A DNA stretch of 64,000 bases from Azolla caroliniana (lineage: Eukaryota > Plantae > Polypodiophyta), in contig JBHGNT010000018.1 of assembly GCA_043228905.1 (NCBI GenBank), forward strand, positions 16,554,001 to 16,618,000, written 5' to 3'. Position numbers and translations under genes: made by a program. Below are positions 21,803 through 35,144 of the stretch, piece by piece (within the stretch, counting starts at the first letter, position 1; every line of letters starts with the position of its first letter). The notes below the pieces were generated by a model. It saw nothing but the letters and a program-made list of their open reading frames with translations. It was not told where the DNA came from and made no database searches.

Positions 21803-24390
21803 CAGTGTTGGGCAAAGTCTCTAGACCCTACTAGAAATTTTCTTGCTTCTCATGAACCTAACCGGAATCTTAAAATTTTAGCCAGCCACGTTCCTACCAG
21901 CGACAATGTCAACCAGAACATGTTGAATTTTTTTTTTTGGTTGCATACCAAAAAAATAATCTAGCGCAATACCAAATCAAATCAATCACAAAATTTTGGA
22001 TCCCAAAAACTAAAGATATATATTTACCAAAAACAAATTCTAACTTTATAAACAAAATTCACTTTTCAAACCTTTGTAAAGTAGCATTAACAACATATTA
22101 GATCAAATTAGATCTAATATATAGAAAGTTCCAAAACAAAATCGATCAAATTTACAAAGTTTTAATCTATATCTTCTATGAAGTCCTCGATGTCATCATC
22201 ATGCTCATGAGAAGTTCTTGTAAAAATATGACGATATGCCTTGCTTTCTCGCCACAACAAAATGCTGGCACTAAAGTCATGTTCTTCTAGTTCAGGTCGT
22301 TCAATAGAGATTCGTATCAATGCATCAACCACATTGTTTTTTAGCCTATTTCTAAACTTATTTTTTATTAGATTTCGGTGACTAAAGCCTCTCTCACATG
22401 CAGTTGTAGACATTGAGTTAACCCTATCAATGAAAGCTTTAGAAGTTCAGGAAGCTTTTCTTTCCACATATCATTACAATTTATCATACCCCAAACATCT
22501 AAGAAATCTCTTCCAAGCCATTTTGTGGTAGCTTGCCTTTTGAAAATTGCATATTCATCATACAATTTATCATTATCAATTATGGGAGAAAACGCTTTCC
22601 CATCTACCATTTTTTGAATGCCATAAAAATTTCTAAGTGTTTTCAACTCATTAAGACCCATAGTTTTTCGTGCTAAAATGCTTGTAGATCCGGTAGAAAT
22701 GTTCATTGGTGATAACATTTTCAATGCGGAAAGGGTTACCGGATCTTGAAGCCTCTTTTTTATTGTCTCTATTAATGCCTTAGATAACAAAGTTTAGAAT
22801 CGTATGGCTTCAATTAAGTCCTCACCATCAATACTCCTATCCATGATGATGCTTTCATACATATTACCTTTAATAGCATCTCTTAAAACTGAAAACATTC
22901 ATTTTTCTCTACCATATTTTGGAATAATTGGATAATTATAACTATCCTTCTCAAAACCATTGAGATCCATCATAACATGATGTAGAAATTGTTCTTCTAT
23001 CTCCCCAATGGCTATCATAGCCAAACCTCCAATGCATGTCATATCCACATATTCCTTTTGGAATTCCATACTTAACGTTGACATGATCTTAAGTACATAT
23101 GCAAGGAAGTGAAGCATATACACTACTTTGAAGTTTCTTAAACTTAAGAATACATTGTATGTATCACTTTGCGATTGCAAAATCTTCATCAAGGGTTCAT
23201 ACACATCACATACCCTCATGAGAGCACCATGCTGACTAAACCATCGTGTCTTCACAATCCCAAGAATATGCAAATGTGTGTATTCTAATCCATCTTGCAT
23301 CTTACTTAATTCACCTTGGCGCATTGAGCTCCCCGAGAAATGTGCAACCACTCGATTCACACGGGCATCTAACTGCTTGCATGTTTCTTTGACTTCAATG
23401 TTCTTTGAAGCCTCTTGCACACACAAGTTTGTTCGATGTGCACAACAATGTAATGAAGTCATAAATGGCTTATATGACTTCAATCTTGTAGCAACACTTG
23501 TAGATGTACCTACCATAACAGATGCTCCATCACTTCCAAATCCCATAAATTTTCTAACATCTAACTCCCACTTTTTTAACAATGCTAAAATGCTTTTTGT
23601 TATTGTGTTTGATGTACCATCCTCTACTTCAAGTAACCCCAAATAAGAGGTTCTTACTTGCCTTCCTTCCACAAATGTAGTGTAAAGGATCAAGTTCTTG
23701 GTTACGCTTACATCGGTAGCTTCATGTACCATAAGTCCAAACCAAGGACTTTTCCTCAACCTATCATAGATCTCAATTTCAAGAGCCTTGCTAATGTGCA
23801 AGATAAAGCTTGCACAAGCCTTATTATCGTTATACATTCATGGAAGACCTTCCACACCACATTCTCTTAACAATCGTAAGAGGCTTTCCAATTTTCTAAA
23901 TGCCAAATCCTCTTTAGCTATAAAATATGCACATTTAAACAAATTTTCAATTGCTACATCCACACTAGTTTTTTTTTTATGCACATTTTTCAAGACCATT
24001 CTTGTCTCGTTCTTGTAACAAAATGGCATCTCGATGGGCCACCTTTCTTGCATGTTCTTCTAATGCAAAAGTTTTAAAGTTTTTGGCACCTGTTTTGCCA
24101 AATGAAGACTTACAATGAGGATCACTCCTTCAATAACTACACCATAAAAGACCAGTTTCCAAATCCTCTTGAAGCCACTTAAATTTAGTAAGCCAATCTT
24201 CTTGAAATTTTAGTTTGGCCGTACTAATTCTATTTATCTCATGAAGTAATTCTTTAGAGTGTTGATGGTCCTTTATAGGCTCTTCTAGAGACACATCTTC
24301 ATTTGAAGATGACAAGTTTTTCCTAAAACTAGACATTGTAAAGAGGCTGATTTGCTTTCCTTTGCCTTTCGTATTTTGGTTGTGGGACAT
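21803..24390 (-). pseudogene. Decayed hAT transposon with ZNF862/DUF4371-like transposase
   Basis: Consecutive minus-strand ORFs 24130-24390 (FQEDWLTKFKWL..LWCSY zinc-finger start), 23838-24053, 22899-23837 (FGLMVHEATD, FGSDGASVM, HCCAHR, TRW), 22368-22790 and 22162-22413 (TTACERGFS...KNKFRNRL, hATC). Stops and frameshifts present; the first catalytic D appears as H. Candidate TIR CAGTGTTGGGC at 21803; the partner TIR was not found. Confidence 0.88.
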
Positions 24391-25819
24391 ACTGTAACAA
24401 TAATGTAGAGAATATTAAACTAACATAATCTATGGATTCCATTTACGAGAAGGTGAAACATACATACACAATCCATGGTTCCCAAAGAGAAAAAACAAAT
24501 TAAGATACCTGAGATATTTGAAGATTACGAGGCAATAAGGATCAAGTTTCCACTATAGATCTTCCAATCTATCAAAAAATAAAGAAGAAAGAGGATGGCT
24601 CACATTAGCTTACACACACATGCAAATCCATGTACGTAAATGTGAAAGACATTGAGGGAATAAATATATTGCAAACCATATTGAAGGAAAGGTTGAAGAG
24701 AAAAAAGGTAGTGTATATATTAAAACAAGAGGACAATACAAATGTAATTAAATGAACATTTTGTCATGAACAATTGATCAATCAAACACTCTTGATATTG
24801 TCATTAAAGATAAATGTCCTTGCTACAAATTTTGTGCCATGCAAATTTGTACATATGTGATAACATGTATGAAAAAAAATCGAGAATTTGATCAAACTTT
24901 GTATTAAAATGTACGAATACTATGATGGAAGATTGTATTGATAGTGAAAAATTCAGCTAACATATCTAATATTGACCAACTTTTGGGGCATGCGGAGAGC
25001 CATCTTCTTCAATCTAAAGGTTTGTAATAAATGAAACACATTTGACAATCAAACATTGGTGTGGATACTTGGGTATAGAGAAATGGACATTCTTTGTTTT
25101 ACAATTAAGCCTCCGCATGAAATATATCTATGTATGTGGGTGTATATCTATCTAGAATCTAGGTACAAAATTAGATATTATGTTGTGAGTCGTGACAATT
25201 ATATTGATTTATATTCAAAAGACAAATGTAATACTTATAAGTAAATCTTCAATGCATTCTCCAACATATACTCCTTGCATGAATGTAAATTCCTCATCGT
25301 TTGAAGGGTTTATGGTTGATGGAACTTAGAGGCCCTTGACATGACTTTATCATTCGTTCCTTGCAATTAGGTGATTTGTGTGCTTTCACGAATGGCACGA
25401 TTTTATCATGAACGAACATGACAAATAACAATGTTGTAGATGTTTAAGTCTTCATGACTATTATATGAATTCAATATTTTTTTGAGGGCAGCCATAGAAT
25501 AGATTTACTAGAGCCTCCTCATTTTGCACAATGTAAACATAAGACTTGCAATAATTTGATGGCCTTAATGTGATTACAAGCACACAATTAAGTGCAAATC
25601 GTTAATTTGGAATGCAACAAACATTTAGTTATTTTACATTTGTAAATTTTCAATCACATGGATATGAAGCATTCATAGTCTATTTACTCTTATTCTCCAA
25701 TGTCATAACTTATTCAGATGGTTATGTTATTTGAAAATAGAGAAAATAGATAAAAAAAGAGAGAAAATAGAGAGAATTCATAAACAGAGAAAGACAAACA
25801 TACGTACTAGAGTGGTAGA

Positions 25820-25920
25820 GTGGCGACAAGCAAGCAGGGATGAGCAATCAGCAACGACCGAGCAGGGATGAGAAATTGGAAACGAGCGAGTAGGGAGGAG
25901 CAACCAACAACGAGCTGCAA
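25820..25920. repeat. Degenerate 26-bp tandem repeat (GAGCAGGGA.GAGCAATCAGCAACGA type)
   Basis: About 4 units; the same unit recurs at 29120-29280. Confidence 0.7.
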
Positions 25921-26520
25921 ATTTTATGTGAAGTTAAAATCGAAGCGTATAACTGAATCAAAATACAAAATGTATTTAACTTAAACCGAAGAATGTTTCC
26001 TTCCATTTTTTACTTTGAGGGAGAAAACAAGAACGATTTCCCATATATCAAACACAATCTGAACAAGAAATCACCTTTATTGACGAAAGAACATAAGCTT
26101 ATTTGAAAGAAGATGAAGAAAGATGGGACTTTTAGGCTAAAAAAAGAACACGTGAAAATAATGAGAGAACGGGATACGCAGAAACGAAATGATGCACAAT
26201 GCAGTTTAAAGAGGCTCCATGAATTTAATGCTTTAAAGGAAATGGGATCAAGGATGAACAGAAATAGGTATACATACATGGGTTTGCATCGATCCGTGAC
26301 CACGCGCATGAAACAATAGTAGGAAACAGACCGAGAGAGAGAGAGAGAGAAAGAAAGAAGGATATATTAATGTCTTCTAAGGCCAAATTTGGCCCATGAG
26401 ACAAATGGTTTACAAAAAATGGGATATTTACCCATTCATCAAAAGTAAAAAAATCAAAATAAGATGAAAAATAGTTCTAAAAAAAAACATGTTCTACAAT
26501 GAAAAGATGTTATACTAGGC

Positions 26521-29090
26521 CTAATTTCATTTCCATCCAAGTCTCTCGAAGAGAAGTGGGAGGTCAAAGGGTTGCGATGTGGATGTGGCTCGTGGTCCTA
26601 ATGTAAAAGGTACCCCAACCATAGCTTCTAGTCAACGTAGCTCACGTTCCCTTATCTTCTTAATCCTTTCTACTCCTTGTCGACTTGTTTTGAAGCCCAA
26701 CATCTGAGGGGGTTTGGTTGTTCTTTGTATTTCTGCTTCCTCAAGGGAGAGGCCGAGCGGGGTAAGTGTATCCACATTCATCGTCTCCCGTTGTTCTTGA
26801 AAAATTACACTAGTTACATGTTGATGAATAGTAAAAGGGTTATGATTAACACTTTGTAATTTGTTCTCCCTATGTTGTTTTAGCTCTAAGATATACCTAC
26901 CTAGTCTTTTTACACTCGGGGTATCTAATAGTTTGGAGAGGGTAGGAGAGGGTCCTAACATGTCTTGGTATTCCGCCCGTATCTTGACATAAGTTGGGCA
27001 CTTGCATGTGAAGTGATAGTCATCCTCTATCTCTATGTGGCATAACCTACATAGCCTTTCCTTTGTAGGGACTCTATTAGCTCGACCATTCTCAATCTCA
27101 AGTTGGTGAGATGATATCCTAAGTTGTCCAATGGCCACTCTTAGTGCATTTGATAAGAATGTATCTAGATATCTTGGTCATGTAGTAAAACCTAACTTAG
27201 AGAAGTGCAAGAAGTGTTCCTTATAGTACAACATTTAAGATGGGAGTGGCTCTCGTGGGGTGATCCATTTATATCGAGTGTAAATTTTCCATATTTCTTG
27301 GCGTATCACTTTCTTACGGTCTTCATGAGAGATTGGAGTTTGATCAGTCCCATGGTTGTACTTAAGGGGAGGTAGGTTATTAATGTCTATACCGTTTGCA
27401 AGTAACCAACTCACCACAATGCTATACCAAGAGCTAGTGTCTCCAGATGCATGTAGGGATCGGGATGCCTCAAAGGCTCGACGGGATATCCTATCTTGTG
27501 GTTGGCTATGTATCCGATGAATAAAAACTACCATTTGAAAGAGTGCTTCTACTAACATCAGGGGTAGACTAAACTCTGCTCTAATAATGTCATGCGGTAC
27601 TGTCGATTTGCTTCGGAGTTGACGTGATAACATCGTCACCAAAGGTCTCTCTAATTGCGTCCACATGAAGGATGGTAGACCTGGAGCCCATACTACTGAT
27701 GCATACATGAGGGAAGGGGTCACTAATGAGTCGAAGAGCCATCCCTTAGTCCGTGGCTCTTGAAAGTATGCATGGTGGCATTGTCTCTCTAAGAGTGAGA
27801 GGGATGCATACCCACTCATTAGCCTATCTTTGGCTGCCTGGGTCATCAAGAATTTACCTGAATGAGCACTAAAAGTGACTTCCAAGTATACATATGATCC
27901 CACTACCTCAACTAGTTTATGAGAAAGGGTTAGGTGACATTTACTCCTAACTCGGGACGATGTATGAAAGATAAGGACTTTAGTTTTCGTTAGATTCACT
28001 ACCAGTCCTCGTTGTGTACAAAAGTCATCTAGGGCATTAAGATGCTTTTGTAGGTCGTGTTCCGACTCCAAGAGCAAGACAATGTCGTCTGCATAGAGTA
28101 AGAGACTAACTTGCGTATCCCCAATAACTACTCCCTTGCCTCCCTTTCGAGTAATAAAATCAGTGATCTCATCAATGTAGATACCAAAAAGAGTCGGTGA
28201 CAAGGGGCAACCCTGTTTTACACCAATAGTGCTAGTGAAACAATCGGATAGGCCACCTGGGCATCGTACGCACCCAACGACTTGCTCATATAAGGCATAA
28301 ATGGCCCAAATCATGTCATTTGGTATCTCCAAGCTCTTAAGTCTATCAAACAACCTCTCCCTAGGAACCATGTCAAAGGCTTTGCGGAAGTCCACAAAGC
28401 AACAATATAGTTTCTTCTTACGAGCCATCATCTGGTCAATTAAGCACCTAAGTGTGAAGATATGGTCAATAGTGGAGAAGGCTCGTCTAAAGCCAGCCTG
28501 CTCAGGTGCGCGAAGACTTAACGTTTCCATATAATCGCTGATCTCCGCTTTCATTACTGCACCATATAGTTTAGCGAGCATATGACCTATCATAATGGTC
28601 CTATATGTATTTGGGTCCATTGGGTCCCCTCCTTTATGTATAGGGGCCACTGTGTTCATGGCCCATTGTGGTGGAAAACCCTCGGCGAGGGCACGGTTGA
28701 AGATTAGAGTGAGAAGGGGGGCTAGGCACTCTCGAGCATATATGATGTGCTCGGCTTGCAATCCTGTGTGGTCCATGGATTTCCTATGTTGTAACTTTTT
28801 TATGACCTTCGTGACCCTAGAGGTCGCGAAAAGTGTCCCCATGGTAGGTCGAGGTGTGGAAGGCATTGGAATGGGTGGTTGGTTCGGGACATGGTAGAGT
28901 CTCTCGATATATGTGTGCCAAATATTGGGATCCTCGATGGGTGTTTGTGGTCTCGGTTCCCGTAGTCTCTTCCATGCAAGGGCGCAGTCCCTACTCATGA
29001 ACATATGGTAGAGAGAGAGAGGGAGAGAAGGATTCTCTATGTATTGACCTTGACGTTGACGTGTGTGTTGGGAGGGGTGAAGGCGATGGT
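26521..29090 (-). mobile_element. 5'-truncated non-LTR retrotransposon, RTE-X-like (RT plus C-terminal CCHC)
   Basis: ORF 27235-29157: QAGFRR..STIDHIFTL, CCFVDFRKAFD, GVKQGCPLSPTLF, LLYADD. ORF 26632-27138: LRISSHQLEIENGR...ERLCRLC..EIEDDYHFTCKCP. No endonuclease domain; ends approximate. Confidence 0.9.
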
Positions 29091-29119
29091 TCTGCAGAAG
29101 AGGGAAGAGCTGGAAATCG

Positions 29120-29500
29120 TGAGGGGCAATCAGTAACGGGGGAGCAGGGAGGAGCAATCAACAATGAGCGAGCATGGAGGCACAATCGACAACGAGCGAG
29201 CAGAGAGGATCAATCAGCAACAAGTGAGCAAGGAGGAGCAATGGGCAACGAGTAAGCAGGGAGGAGCAATGAGCAACGCGGATTTTTACCTTATGCATGA
29301 ATCATTCTCCTAACTCAGATTTGAAGCTTCTTCCATCAGTCGTTCTCCTAACTCAAATTTAGAGCTTCTTCCATGAGTTGTTCTACTAACTAGATTTGGA
29401 AATTCTTCCCTGATTTTTTCTGCTAACTCAAATTTGAATCTTCTTCCATGAATCACTAAGTAGTTTTCAGATTTGGAGCTTCTTCCACAAATCATTCTTG
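29120..29500. repeat. 26-bp tandem array (~6 units) followed by a ~38-bp tandem array (~5 units)
   Basis: GAGCAGGGAGGAGCAATCA.CAAC units at 29120-29280; CTAACTCA.ATTTG.AGCTTCTTCCA units at 29301-29497. Confidence 0.75.
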
Positions 29501-30582
29501 ATTTTCGTTCTCGTGATTTTATGTTATATTCATATTCCTTGTAAGATCATTGCATGTTCATAATCTCATGTTCGTTTTCATATACGAAATAATGGTTTTC
29601 TTGCTTATTAAAATTTTATGTGATTCCTTGTCAAATTCAAATTCAAATTCATATTCCTTGTAAGAATGTTGCATGTTCATCTTTCTTCTTTTATTTCATT
29701 GTTTTCATATATGAAATCATGCTATCATTGGTTATAAAATTATTTGTATGATTCTTATGTGATTCTTGTTAAATTCATTTCGTTTGCAGGTCCCATTTGG
29801 TAACATTAATCTACTATTTCGTACTATAACCTTTCTTACGTTAATTATTTTCCTAAGCGCTCTTTTTTAATAATAATACATATATTGAAAATAGTAATAA
29901 TCAATTACATTAAGGAGTCTTGTATCTCAATAGACTAATGTACGAAACCAATGTTCAAAAGGAGCAAGAGACATGTTATTCTTCATATAGTGTTACGTTT
30001 TGAAGGTTACAAAGAGTTTCACAAGGAGGATGATAGATATATTATTTCTAGAGAGTTACACCATCAAAATTTTAATTAACACATGGAGAATATAAGGTTT
30101 AGGGATTATAGTTTTTTGGAGGCGATTGTAAAGTCCATGCAATCACCTTTAGACTTAGTGAAAGGGGTAGAGAATGTAAAATAAGTTTGTTGCAAAGAGA
30201 GCATCATTTTTCATGGTTGTGAATGGTACAACTAAACAATATAGTGATACAAAAGTAGCACTACCCTTGGTATTCAAAGGGGAAACTTGAGGTGGCATCG
30301 AAGAAATATACAATCAAAACAATTTGAGTGGGCGGGGTTTGGCCATAGATGGCGAAGTGATGCCTTGTTTGAAGAGATTATCAAGAAAGAGGATTTGTTT
30401 TGGATGAACAACACATGTTTGACTAAATAAAATGAATGTGTGTAGACAACACATAAGTCAAGGTAAGTAAAAAAATCACCCTAAACACTTCTTGGAGATG
30501 ATAGAGGTAATTGATTCTTTTCTATCTATTTGGTTTTATATGTTGATTTGTTGACTATAGACTTCTATTTATATTGACTATA

Positions 30583-31734
30583 TTTTTTTTTTCCAAAATG
30601 AAGCTACTTTCCCATTAGTTAGGTAAGATTATTACAAAGAGATTGTACAAGGAGGCTTAAGCATAGATCGGGGAATCCCCCTCTGATCAAGTCCTAGAAA
30701 TTGAGACTAGTTACATTGCCTTTCGGACGTACTACTTAGTGTAAGTACGTACAGCTAAAACAGTGCCCTGTAGTGATGGCTAGTACGAGACAACTCTTGG
30801 GGTTGACAACAGAGGGAGGGTGGTAAGTGAGCCGGAAACAACCAGCGTGGGGGCTGGTAGTTCCACCTCGGGCCACTTTCCCCTTGTGTCACCATAGGCG
30901 TGTTCTGCCATTTCTGCCAAAAGCGCAAACGGGTAGTATCCACGCCAGAGGAATGGTTGCAAACCTCGTCTAATTGTCCTCGTAGGCAGCTAATAAGCGC
31001 AAACCATATGTCCATGATCACTTCCTCCGGGGGTCGCACCAGATCTTGGAAGACCTTTAGGCAACGCGCTTTCCATACGTACCACAGGGTGAAGCCTGCG
31101 ATCAACATCCAAATGTCCGGGAACCTAGGGGATGCGGACTGCAAGCCTCTCTCAAATCGAATCTTGGAGATTTTTCCTTGCATGCATACATAGCACCAAC
31201 TATCCGCATTGAAGGCGTCCGTCCACCTATCACCAGAATGATCAAGCCATGCCGCAACACTCCATGATGTTGTTCCTTCCACTTCGCATGCCGCAAGGAG
31301 GCGAGTCACTCTATCCCATACCTTTTCAGCGCGAGGGCAATCCCATAGATAATGCCTCAGAGTCTCTATAGGTGAATGGCAAAGTGGGCAGCCTACGGGC
31401 CACCACGTTTACCTAGCCATTCGCCAACGGGAACCACATTATGCTGGATTTGCCACTAAAAAAACTTTATCTTTTCCGGCAAGTGGAGACGCCAGAGACC
31501 CGTCCAAAAGGTAATGAGCACCTCATCAGGGATGCCCAATGTACACTAGCCATTGCGTAAGGGGCCGTCTAGCTGCAGTTGAAAAGCCCAACCCAGTTTA
31601 GTGTTGTACTCGAAGAAATGGCGAAATCTGCCATCATGTTTCCACCTGAAATCCCCTGGGTCCCATTCTAGTTCGACGAGGGGACGACAACCATATACCC
31701 ATAACTTCCAATGGGGTTCCATCTTAGCTGACTG
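30583..31734 (-). mobile_element. 5'-truncated L1-type LINE (zf-RVT and 3' end) with 11-bp TSD
   Basis: Poly(A) tail appears as T10 at 30583-30592. TATTGACTATA at 30572-30582 and 31735-31745. Minus-strand LWRLHLPEKIKFF*W...CPLC...ETLRHYLWDCP...LWYVWKARC. Confidence 0.88.
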
Positions 31735-32320
31735 TATTGACTATATATTTGTTGATGTAGGCTGACTTGTTCATGAACATCAAAGAACAACATCCAAACA
31801 TCAATGTTCCATTAAAATCTCTTTGGGTTGGAAAGTTAAAAGAGAGGAACACGTTATTGTGTGCACCACATTAAAATTGACTTATATAAGGGTTGGAGTA
31901 AACACCATGCATACTAATTGTAAGGTTATACATTAGGATGGGTGTGATTGCACATGTGCAATATCTTGACCAAATGGGAAGGATAATACGAGTAATGCTC
32001 GAAACATGATGTAAGCATAAGTTTCCAAGTTATGGAGGTCTTGAGTTTGTGAAAAACAATAATCATTCGAACGGCATAGTCTTTCATGTCTTTTAAGAAC
32101 ATGCAAGGTTTGCCCACAACCATTATTTTGTAGAGAAGAGCTTGATGTAGAAAATTCTCATTTTGTGGAATGGATTTTTTTTGAATATGTGATAGAAAAT
32201 AGAGGGAAGGGACTACTTAGGAAGTGTATTAAGCAAGTATATAAGGAGACATGTGTTGTTATGCTTGCCTCAAAGTTTAAGAAGCAACTTGGGGAGTTCA
32301 TTCCACATAGCTTTAGGAGC

Positions 32321-35144
32321 TTTTTTTTTCTCCAAAAAACACTACTTCACATTAGTTAGCAAATAGAATACAACACAGACAACATAGTTTACCCGAATCC
32401 ACAGTGGGATCAACATATACAACTCGGAGGAACAACTCCAAAACTATCAAACAAAAACAACAAAAACTCACCCGACCCTTAACTCCAACAAAACTGAAAT
32501 AAACCCCAATTTACCCCGACTCTACATCTACCAACTAACTCTTTTATAACAAAGTTATCCGGGTAACATGACTATACTAACCCACTTTTGCTTTAGTTAT
32601 ACATACATAATTACAACCCATGTACAATATTGGGAGCCATTGACGAAAACAACCACCTAGGCGCTTGGTAATTCAACTTAGGCCTCGACGAAGATTTGAC
32701 CATCATGGGAGAACCATCCCATTTCAGCAAGAACTTTGACGTTGCCCTTTTTGCTTCTTCCGATTCCCCCGGAATCGAGTCATACCGACTGCGCAACCAA
32801 GCCACAAGCTCAAACCAGATATTTAACATCACCTCCCTGCATGAGAGCTTTTGCTACTGGAAAAAAACTGTCAGCGCTTGATCCAGATGTGCTTGACCGA
32901 TAAACACGCCACCATAAGCCAAATCTCCTAAAAAAATTCAGAATTTGTGCCAGGTCTCACCCCATCACATTGGAACACGCTACCACCATGCACTATAATC
33001 CATGTCCTTGTGGGTTTAACTGTTCACCCTAGATTTCCCCTTTTAGAGACAATCCTTGTATGGAGCCCCACACAACGTTCCCTTTCACGCCACAGGCTGC
33101 CACGATTTGAAGGCTTCTACTCCAACCCTACTCCAAATGCTAATCGCCTCTGTACAATTCCAAAAACAGTGAGAGATTGATTCCAAAGCATGTCCACATA
33201 ACTTATAGCCAGCCTCGCCACCATGAGAACTCAACCGCCTTATGGCTAAGAAGCCACAACCAAGCCTTTATTTTTTTTGGCGTATCTAATGCCCATAGTC
33301 TCCTCCAAAATGACTGCAGATCATCATCTGAAATGCCTTTATACTTCCAACTATTGCGAATCATTATAGCACCCACCATTTTGGAGCCAATGATTCTTCT
33401 TCCTAGCTTAACATTGTACTGAAAAAACTTTTTCAAGTTGTTTGTTCCTGATGTCTGCCACCATACCTCCAATGGATCAATCCCACTTTAAATCATATTA
33501 GGGCTTGTTGTCAGAAAGCCATATTTTACAATCCTGATCAAGTGTCTTAGGGTCTGGGTTCAATTGCCACCTCCTACCCTCCAACACTACCACCCGCACT
33601 TCCAACCACCTGCCATCATCTGTCAAAGAACTTACATTACCCCACAAACACTACTCGTTAGTTGAGCACCTACCACGGATAAGTTGTGCATCACCCTCAC
33701 CTACAAACCAACATGACCAAACTGCCTCTTTTGCATTCAACTTAGCTAATCCATCAACAATCTTATCTATCAGTTGGGTCACCTTCCCTAGTCTTTGAGT
33801 AAACCTACAACTAACAGCCTAACCCTCGCGCCTCTTCATGTTGAAGACCTCCCAATCGTGTATCGACCTAATCTTGTACCCTAGCATCCTCCCCCAAGGC
33901 AAGTATTTTTGCTGTCCAAGCATCATACCATCTTCACTTCTAATCCTAGGGTTCCAAAACAACAGTTGTCGTAGCCGTTCATCCAATGTTTTCGGTTGCA
34001 TTAAGACCAACCATTCCCTTAAACTTGACCAGGCCTTCATTATGGTGCAAACCACCCTATCCTCTGTGCTAACCGGTTCTTTCAACTTTAGAGCTATACT
34101 GAACAACCACCATGTATTTGCCTGCCAAGGACCACCATTCTTTGGACACCAAAGGTCAGATATGTTCCTAAGGATCTTACGAAGTAGAGCCTTATTTTGG
34201 TGAACTGGATCCACCAGCCCAAGTCCTTCCTGATTCTTCGCCTTAATTAAACAACCCCATGCCACTTTAGCTGATGCTATCTCATCGTCTCTACCCAACC
34301 AATGGAACCCTCTCACCATTGCCTTAATAAGTTTTATGCAGGCTTTGTCTAACATCCAACATCCCGGCGAGTGCCACGTGGTGGGCAACAAAATGTGGTT
34401 CACCACAACCACCCTACTAGCAAGGGAAAGCTTTATTGATGTCCACAACCGAAGTTTTTTTCTAATTTTGTCTTTCATCTGCTCAAGTTGCTGATTTTTA
34501 GGTGTCTCAACTCCCACCAAAAAGCCCAAATACTTAACAGCCATGCCATTGGGAACCCATTGAAAATCAATGTTAGGACACCATAGCGGTCGTGGGTTTG
34601 AACTTACCCAGAATACCTACTTTTGTTCCAATTAATTTCCCCCCATAATGCTTTGCAAAACAACTCAATCCATCCTTCAGCCTTTTGCAAATTAGCATAA
34701 TTGCCTTGCAAGTAAAGCATAGTGTCATCTACATACTCAGAGTCCAGCAAATCCTTGCTTGCATGTAGAACAACTACACCCCTTATTCCTGCATCCGATC
34801 TGTTAAAAAAGAAAGAGAATGCCTCTGTAATAAATAAAAAAGGTAGGGGGCTAGCGGGCACCCTTGTCTAACAGACGTGCGTAATGGAATCGATGGGTCA
34901 TGATGCCCTGTCACTAACACCCTACTCGAACTTCCTTTGTAAATGGCCAACGCATCCGATCTCCATTTTAACGGTAATCCCAACCTTTCCATGACTTTGT
35001 CTAAAGAAGGCCACTGAACTCTGTCATATGACTTCTCAAAGTCTAGCATGAGACAGACAATGTGCTGATTGGTTTTCTTAGCCAAGGAAATTGCCTCCTA
35101 AAATGTCAACACATTATTAATTATGCATCTATTTCCCATGAACC
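32321..35144 (-). mobile_element. Degenerate L1-type LINE (RT, zf-RVT, 3' end)
   Basis: ORFs with LDFEKSYDRVQW, SVRQGCPLAPYLF, EYVDDT, KYLG, LSLASRVVVVN and LWALDTPKKIKAWLWLLSH. T-run at 32321-32329, with a 3' terminus similar to the LINE at 30.6 kb. Confidence 0.88.

Noticed and set aside
29090-29157. N-terminus of the 640-aa LINE ORF as a true start
   Set aside because: Non-ATG start derived from the flanking 26-bp repeat; the element is 5'-truncated and lacks an endonuclease.
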